From: an uncultured Haloferacaceae archaeon
Lineage (GTDB): Archaea > Halobacteriota > Halobacteria > Halobacteriales > Haloferacaceae
Direction: 5' to 3'
Assembly: GCA_964567195.1 (NCBI GenBank)
Contig: CAZMLQ010000005.1
Span: 1 to 32,420 of the forward strand
DNA length: 32,420 bases
In this document: positions 27,566-32,420 of the stretch, one piece after another
How the letters are laid out: every line of letters starts with the position of its first letter
Position numbering within the stretch: the first letter of the stretch is position 1
Program-made: the position numbers and the translations under genes
Notes under the pieces: model-generated
What the model was told of the DNA's origin: nothing
The model's input: the letters and a program-made list of their open reading frames with translations, nothing else
Database searches by the model: none

Positions 27566-27727
27566 ACCCCGGTCTCCGCGGGCCGGGACATGAACGTTCG
27601 GCCACGGTCGCGGGCCCGGCGGCTCGGAGCGGCCGGACCGGGGCGAGCCCGGCGTCGCCGGCGGCGCCGAACACCGCACGACCCCGGGACCCGAACGCCT
27701 ATCGGCGCCCCCCGTCTGTGGGGGGGC

Positions 27728-28513
27728 ATGTCGGACCACGACGCCTACGAGAGCATCGCGGTGTCGGTCGACGACGGGGTGGCACGGATCACCCTGCGCC
27801 GGCCGGAGAAGCTGAACGCCCTCTCGACGGCGGTGATGCTCGACCTCCAGCGGGCCTTCTCGGCGATCCGACTGGACCGCGACGTCGAGGTGGTCGTGCT
27901 CGAGGGCGCGGGCGAGGAGGCGTTCTCGGCGGGCGCGGACATCGAGGGCTACGCCGGGTCGGCCGACGAGCACGACCCCCACCAGCGCGAGCGTCAGGAG
28001 CTCTTCTACGAGGTCTACCGCGCGCCCTACGACTGTCACGCGCCGACGGTGGCGAAGATCGACGGCTACTGTCTCGGCGGCGGGCTGATCCTCGCGATGT
28101 ACTGTGACCTCCGGGTGGCGACCGCGGACGCCTCGTTCGGCGTGCCGGTGACCGACATCGGCCAGATTCCGACCGGCGGCTCGACCTACCGGGCGATCGA
28201 TCTCGTGGGCGAGGCGGCGACCAAGGAGCTCGTGTTCACCGCCGGTCGCGTCGGGGCCGACCGGGCGGGCGAGCTTGGGCTGGTCAACCGGGTGGTGCCC
28301 GACGCCGCGGCGCTCGACGACGAGGTCGAGGGCGTCGTCGACGCCGTCCGCGCGACCGGGCACGAGGCGGTCAAGCGGAGCAAGCGGGCGCTCAACGCCG
28401 CGAGCGAGGCGTCGGACCTCGACGCCGCCCGGGCGCGCGAGGCCGAACTCTGGTGGGAGCAGTTCGCCACCGCCGAGCGCGAACGCCTGGTCGGGGAGTT
28501 CGTCGACTCGTGA
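27728..28513 (+). CDS. Enoyl-CoA hydratase/isomerase (crotonase) family protein
   Basis: ATG at 27728. Oxyanion-hole motifs EAFSAGADI and GYCLGGGLILAMYCDLRVA are present, and the N-terminus is VARITLRRPEKLNAL. Confidence 0.9.
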   Translation: MSDHDAYESIAVSVDDGVARITLRRPEKLNALSTAVMLDLQRAFSAIRLDRDVEVVVLEGAGEEAFSAGADIEGYAGSADEHDPHQRERQELFYEVYRAPYDCHAPTVAKIDGYCLGGGLILAMYCDLRVATADASFGVPVTDIGQIPTGGSTYRAIDLVGEAATKELVFTAGRVGADRAGELGLVNRVVPDAAALDDEVEGVVDAVRATGHEAVKRSKRALNAASEASDLDAARAREAELWWEQFATAERERLVGEFVDS

Positions 28514-29727
28514 CGGGGACGGGTCCACTCGACGGCCTGCGGGTGGTCGAACTGACCGTCCACCGCGCCGGCCCGTTCTGTGGCGCGCTGCTCGCGGACA
28601 TGGGCGCCGAGGTGGTCAAGATCGAGCGCCCCGGGACGGGCGATCCGACCCGCTCGCAGGGGCCGGCCCCGCCGGAGGGGCCGGCGGGCTACTTCCAGGC
28701 GCTCAACCGGAACAAGCGGTCGGTGACGGTCGATCTGAAGACCGAGGCGGGCGTCGAGGCCGCCCGCGACCTGCTGGCGCGCGCCGACGTGTTCGTCGAG
28801 AACGTGGGCTACGGCGTCGCCGAGCGCCTGGGCGTGGGCTACGAGGACCTCGCGCCCCGCAACGAGGGGCTGGTCTACGCGAGCGTCAAGGGCTACGGCC
28901 GGACCGGCCCGCTCAAGGAGAAGCCGGGGTTGGACCTCGTGCTCCAGGCCGAGGCCGGACTCATGTCGCTCACGGGGCCCGAGGGCGGCCCGCCGGTGAA
29001 GGTGGGCCAGGCGGTCGGCGATCTGACCGCCGGCACCCTCGCCGCGGTGGGCGTGCTCGCGCGCCTCCACGAGCGCGCCCGGACCGGCGAGGGCGGGCGG
29101 TTCGACGTGGGGCTGTTCGACGCGGTGGCGAGCCTGCTCAACGAGTACGTCACCAACTACTCGCTGACGGGCGAGGTGCCGGGGCCCCAGGGCACCAGCC
29201 ACCAGACGATGGTGCCCTACGGGCTGTTCGAGACGGCCGACGGCCACATCGTGACCGGCGTGCCCGCCGACGACCGCTGGGACGAGTTCGTCGACGCGGT
29301 CGGCTGCGAGTCGGTGCGGGACCGGCGAACGAACGACGAGCGCGCGGCCGACCGCGAGGCGGTGACCGAGGCCATCGCCGCCCGGCTGCGGACCGAGCCG
29401 ACCGCCCACTGGGAGGCGGTGCTCACCGAGGCGGGCTTTCCCAACGGCCCGCTCAACGACGTGGCCGAGGTGGTCGCCCACGAGCAGACCGCCGCCCGCG
29501 AGCTCGCGGTCGAGGTCGACCTCGACGAGGCCGAGGTGGGTGCGGGCGAGGGCACCTGTCTCCTCCCCGGCCACCCGCTCAACTTCCCCGACCACCCCGA
29601 CGTGGGGGTGCGCGAGCCGGCGCCCGCGCTCGGGGCCGACACCGACGCCGTCTTCGGCGACGTGGCCGGCGACCAGACCACCCTCGACGAGTGGCGCGAG
29701 GGCGGAGCGTTCGGGGCCGACGACTGA
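28510..29727 (+). CDS. Family III CoA-transferase, copy 2
   Basis: LDGLRVVELTVHRAGPFCGALLADMGAEVVKIERP and PGLDLVLQAEAGLMSLTG are present. The GTG start at 28510 overlaps the crotonase TGA (GTGA), implying translational coupling. The earlier track start at 28453 lies inside the crotonase gene. Confidence 0.88.
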   Translation: MTGTGPLDGLRVVELTVHRAGPFCGALLADMGAEVVKIERPGTGDPTRSQGPAPPEGPAGYFQALNRNKRSVTVDLKTEAGVEAARDLLARADVFVENVGYGVAERLGVGYEDLAPRNEGLVYASVKGYGRTGPLKEKPGLDLVLQAEAGLMSLTGPEGGPPVKVGQAVGDLTAGTLAAVGVLARLHERARTGEGGRFDVGLFDAVASLLNEYVTNYSLTGEVPGPQGTSHQTMVPYGLFETADGHIVTGVPADDRWDEFVDAVGCESVRDRRTNDERAADREAVTEAIAARLRTEPTAHWEAVLTEAGFPNGPLNDVAEVVAHEQTAARELAVEVDLDEAEVGAGEGTCLLPGHPLNFPDHPDVGVREPAPALGADTDAVFGDVAGDQTTLDEWREGGAFGADD

Positions 29728-29770
29728 TCGGCGCGGAGTGGCCCGTCGGCCCCGCCCGCCGCCCGCCGTC

Positions 29771-30853
29771 CTACGCCGCGTCGGCGTCGAGGCGCGCGCG
29801 GTGTTTCTCGAGGTCGGTCCGGACCTCGTCCCACGCGACCGGGTGGTCGTGGTCGTCGAGCGCCGCCTCGAACGCGTCGATGACGCCGCCGTGGCGCTCG
29901 ATCCGGCCCGGTCGCGCGAGGTCGTCGAGGCGGGCCTCCAGCCGATCGCGCCGGCGCTCGAGGTCGGCGAGCCGGTCCGCGAGGTCGGCCCGGCGCTCGG
30001 CGCGCTCCGCGAAGTGGGCGTCGACCTCGTCGGGGTCGGCCCCGCCGGTCGCGGCGTCGCGCTCGGCGTCCCCGCGGGCGCGCTCGGCCCACGTCTCGAG
30101 GTCGTCGAGTTCGGCGCACACGTCGGCCAGGAGCAGTCCGAGCGAGCGCAGCCGGAGGCCGGCGTCGGCCCACGCCGCGTCGGGGTCGGTCACGTCGGCG
30201 ACGGCCTCGGGATTGGGGTCGCCCTCGCCGTCGGCGGCCGCGACGGCGTCGACCGCGCCCGCCAGCCCCTCGAGCGCCTCCGCGACGGCGTCGGCGTCGC
30301 CCTCGAGCTCGCACAGCCGGCGGTCCGGGTCCGAGGCCCACTCGTCGAAGGACTCGATCTCGACGCCGAGCACGTCGGCCGTGTGGCGGACGTCCTCGGC
30401 GGCCGACTCCAGGCGGTGGATCTCGCTCGCCACCGTGTACAGCGGGTCGTCGTCGGCCCGGTCGACGATCCCGGAGAGCCGGTCGCCGAGCGCGTCGGTC
30501 CGCTCGCGCACCTCGTCGAGGCGGCGCTCGAACGCCGCCAGCCGGCCGGCGACGACGTCGAGGTCGGCGATCGGCTCGGCCTGTCGGCGGGCGTCCTCGA
30601 GGTTGAGGCGGGCGAACTCGGTCCGGCTCTCGGCGGTCGCGACGACCTTCGAGAGCTCGCCGAGGGCGGGCTCGACCGCCTCGCGGGTGAGGACGCCGTC
30701 CTCGGTCAGCGCCGAGAGCACGGTCTCGGCGGTCGCCTCGTCGGTGCCGTGGCGCTCGGCGACGACCGTCGCCGCCGCCTCGACCGACAGCCCCGCGAGA
30801 CGGTCGGGCGCGTCGGGCGCGTCGGGCGCGTCGCGGTCGTCGGGCTCGTCCAT
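29771..30853 (-). CDS. Highly acidic, predicted coiled-coil hypothetical protein (360 aa), no recognisable catalytic domain
   Basis: ATG at 30853 (MDEPDDRDAPDAPDAPD...). It has haloarchaeal-type D/E/A/R-rich, heptad-like composition (RLADLERRRDRLEARLDDL). The coding call rests on length, composition unlike the R/G/P shadow ORFs, and a TATA-like element about 27 nt upstream. Confidence 0.6.
   Translation of the reverse strand: MDEPDDRDAPDAPDAPDRLAGLSVEAAATVVAERHGTDEATAETVLSALTEDGVLTREAVEPALGELSKVVATAESRTEFARLNLEDARRQAEPIADLDVVAGRLAAFERRLDEVRERTDALGDRLSGIVDRADDDPLYTVASEIHRLESAAEDVRHTADVLGVEIESFDEWASDPDRRLCELEGDADAVAEALEGLAGAVDAVAAADGEGDPNPEAVADVTDPDAAWADAGLRLRSLGLLLADVCAELDDLETWAERARGDAERDAATGGADPDEVDAHFAERAERRADLADRLADLERRRDRLEARLDDLARPGRIERHGGVIDAFEAALDDHDHPVAWDEVRTDLEKHRARLDADAA
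30803..30829. repeat. 9-nt tandem repeat (gtcgggcgc) x3, plus a degenerate fourth unit
   Basis: Read directly. It encodes the (APD)3 run at the N-terminus of the acidic hypothetical protein on the minus strand. Confidence 0.85.
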
Positions 30854-30930
30854 GGCCGTAGCTCCCCGCCCCGGCCGATTAGCCCTTCGGTCGCGCCCGG
30901 GACCGGAACCGGAACCGGGGGGATCGGCAG

Positions 30931-30939
30931 CGTTAACAC
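30931..30939 (+). promoter_or_regulatory. TATA-like box (cgttaacac) about 27 nt upstream of the acyl-CoA dehydrogenase ATG
   Basis: It is one of only two A/T-containing elements in the 108-nt divergent intergenic region; the other (gattag, 30877-30882) sits about 27 nt from the opposing gene's start. Confidence 0.35.
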
Positions 30940-30961
30940 CCGACCCACCCCAGCCCGAGCC

Positions 30962-32167
30962 ATGCAGGCGCGTCTCGAGGCGGACCTGACGGACGAACAG
31001 CGCCTCGTCCGGCGGAGCATCTCGGAGATCTGTGCGGACTACGACGACGAGTACTGGCGCGAGCACGCCCGCACGGGCGAGTACCCCGACGAGTTCGTCG
31101 ACACGCTGGCCGAGGAGGGCTGGTTCGGCGTCCTGATCCCCGAGGAGTACGGCGGTGCGGGGATGGGCACCGAGGAGACGGTCGTGATGATGGAGGAGAT
31201 CGCGGCCTCGGGCGGCGGGTTCGCGGCCGCCCAGGCCGTCCACGGCGCGATCTACAACTCCGCGCCCATCGTCGAGTACGCCGACGAGACCACGCGCGAG
31301 CAGCTCCTGCCGGCGGTCGCCCGCGGCGAGACCCGGATCCAGGCGTTCGGCCTGACCGAGCCAAACGCCGGCTCGGACTCGACCCGGATCGAGACCCGCG
31401 CCGAGCGCGACGGCGACGAGTACGTGATCACCGGCCAGAAGATCTGGACCTCGCGGGTCGATCGCTCGGACTACCTGCTGCTGGTCGCGCGCACCACCCC
31501 CCGCGACGAGGTGGAGAAGCGCACCCGCGGCATCTCGACGTTCCTGGTCGATCTCGACGCGGCCCGGGCCTCCGACGCCTTCGAGACGGACCACATCGAG
31601 AAGACCGCAAGCGAGTTCGTCCACTCCTACCAGCTCTACTTCGAGGGGCTGCGGATCCCCGCCGACGCCCTGCTGGGCGAGGAGGGCGAGGGCTTCTACC
31701 AGGTGCTCGACGGGCTGAACGAGGAGCGGCTGGTGATCGCGGCCGAGGCGATCGGGCTGGGCGAGCTGGCGATCGAGCGCGGCGCGGAGTACGCCGCCGA
31801 GCGCGAGGTGTTCGGCGGACCGATCGGCGCCAACCAGGCGGTCCAGCACCCCCTCGCGGCCGCCCACGCTCGGGTCCAGGCCGCCCGTCAGCTCACCTTC
31901 GAGGCCGCCTCGCGCTCGGCCGCGGACGACCTCTCGCGCGAGGCGCTCGGCGCGCGCGCCAACATGGCGAAGTATCTCGCCGCCGAGGCCGCCTTCGAGG
32001 CCGCCGACGCCGCCGTTCAGGCCCACGGCGGCTTCGGCGTCGCCACCGAGTACGATGTCGAGCGCTACCTGCGCGAGGCCCGCCTGACCCGGCTGGTCCC
32101 CATCGCCCAGGAGCTGGCGCTCAACTACCTCGGCGAGAAGGAGCTCGGTCTGCCGCGGTCGTACTGA
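30962..32167 (+). CDS. Acyl-CoA dehydrogenase family protein (non-canonical C-terminal active-site region)
   Basis: 401 aa with FGLTEPNAGSD, ITGQKIWTS and GGFGV..EY.VERYLREARL. The usual YEGT(N/S) motif is replaced by VPIA. Confidence 0.9.
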   Translation: MQARLEADLTDEQRLVRRSISEICADYDDEYWREHARTGEYPDEFVDTLAEEGWFGVLIPEEYGGAGMGTEETVVMMEEIAASGGGFAAAQAVHGAIYNSAPIVEYADETTREQLLPAVARGETRIQAFGLTEPNAGSDSTRIETRAERDGDEYVITGQKIWTSRVDRSDYLLLVARTTPRDEVEKRTRGISTFLVDLDAARASDAFETDHIEKTASEFVHSYQLYFEGLRIPADALLGEEGEGFYQVLDGLNEERLVIAAEAIGLGELAIERGAEYAAEREVFGGPIGANQAVQHPLAAAHARVQAARQLTFEAASRSAADDLSREALGARANMAKYLAAEAAFEAADAAVQAHGGFGVATEYDVERYLREARLTRLVPIAQELALNYLGEKELGLPRSY

Positions 32168-32213
32168 GCCCGGGCCGCCAACGCTTTTGCCACCCGCCCG
32201 CGTCGGGGGGGCC

Positions 32214-32420
32214 GTGACCGACGACACCGAGGCCGACGACGGCGAGCGCCGCATCGTCGCGGGCTGGGACGGGCGCTACTACGAGGACTTCGAGGTGGGC
32301 GACGTCTACAAACACCCGTACGGCCGGACGGTAACCGAGACCGACAACGTCTGGCTGACCAACCTGACGATGAACCTCAACCCGATGCACTTCAACGAGG
32401 AGTACGCCGCGGCGACGGAG
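32214..32420 (+). CDS. MaoC-like (R)-specific enoyl-CoA hydratase / acyl dehydratase, N-terminal fragment (runs off the window)
   Basis: From the GTG at 32214: VTDDTEADDGERRIVAGWDGRYYEDFEVGDVYKHPYGRTVTETDNVWLTNLTMNLNPMHFNEEYAAATE. The GRT(I/V)TExD...LTxNxNPxHF pattern is typical of MaoC dehydratases of the itaconyl-/mesaconyl-CoA hydratase type. The start codon is uncertain. Confidence 0.75.
   Translation, partial: MTDDTEADDGERRIVAGWDGRYYEDFEVGDVYKHPYGRTVTETDNVWLTNLTMNLNPMHFNEEYAAATE

Noticed and set aside
25043-28513. 1156-aa plus-strand ORF; also 24870-27674 (934 aa, minus), 19757-22825 (1022 aa, plus), 28275-30989 (904 aa, plus), 8516-10915 (799 aa, minus) and 5607-7046 (479 aa, minus)
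   Set aside because: All are arginine/glycine/proline-dominated shadow ORFs overlapping genes with clear family signatures. Only the last 261 aa of the 1156-aa ORF (the crotonase from 27728) look real.
30898-30918. Short tandem ccggaa/ccggaa repeat in the ACAD upstream region as a regulatory repeat
   Set aside because: There are only two 6-nt copies in a GC-rich context, which is too short to distinguish from chance.
1-32420. Search for CRISPR arrays, tRNA/rRNA genes, transposases, integrases or a classical defence system (restriction-modification, toxin-antitoxin, nuclease-helicase-ATPase modules)
   Set aside because: I saw no spaced direct repeats, no cloverleaf-like or low-GC RNA-gene islands, and no ORF with recombinase, nuclease or helicase motifs. 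The only ATPases are MutS, MutL and the two Opp/Dpp-type ABC subunits, all in ordinary contexts. For the same reason, calling the right half a mobile island is not supported; I mean 'island' only in the sense of a functional cluster.

Overview
This window is about 70% GC. The predicted proteins are strongly acidic, and there is a Tat/lipobox substrate-binding lipoprotein and an HTH_10 (Bat-type) regulator, so it is almost certainly a chromosomal segment of a haloarchaeon (class Halobacteria; inference). Because of the GC content, every real gene is shadowed by long R/G/P-rich spurious ORFs in other frames. I kept only ORFs with recognisable family motifs and trimmed several track ORFs to internal start codons.

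Left half (1-17.4 kb) is housekeeping. It holds mutL, a five-gene Opp/Dpp-type ABC peptide importer with a divergent HTH_10 regulator, mutS (canonical MutS1), ridA-thiDN, a DsbA-like thiol oxidoreductase, polyphosphate kinase ppk1 and a cupin.

Middle (17.4-19.0 kb) holds two decayed genes: an enolase-superfamily gene frameshifted in a C6 run, and an internally deleted isopropylmalate/tartrate-dehydrogenase-like remnant.

Right half (19.0-32.4 kb) is a tightly packed, strand-alternating cluster of carboxylic-acid and acyl-CoA enzymes. It contains 2x MmgE/PrpD, 2x family III CoA-transferase, an acyl-CoA dehydrogenase, a MaoC-type hydratase, a crotonase, a 4HBT thioesterase, a VOC protein, an Ldh_2 dehydrogenase, an MFS transporter, a PhnA-like alkaline-phosphatase-superfamily hydrolase and one acidic coiled-coil orphan. 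This is the best candidate for an undescribed system. Its gene content resembles bacterial itaconate/methylsuccinate-type C5-dicarboxylate catabolism, which to my knowledge has not been characterised in archaea.

I saw no rRNA, tRNA, CRISPR array, transposase, integrase or recognisable defence system. Other oddities are CTAG tetranucleotides that occur (by eye) only at stop codons, four of them shared by convergent gene pairs, plus several short in-frame tandem repeats and homopolymer tracts.
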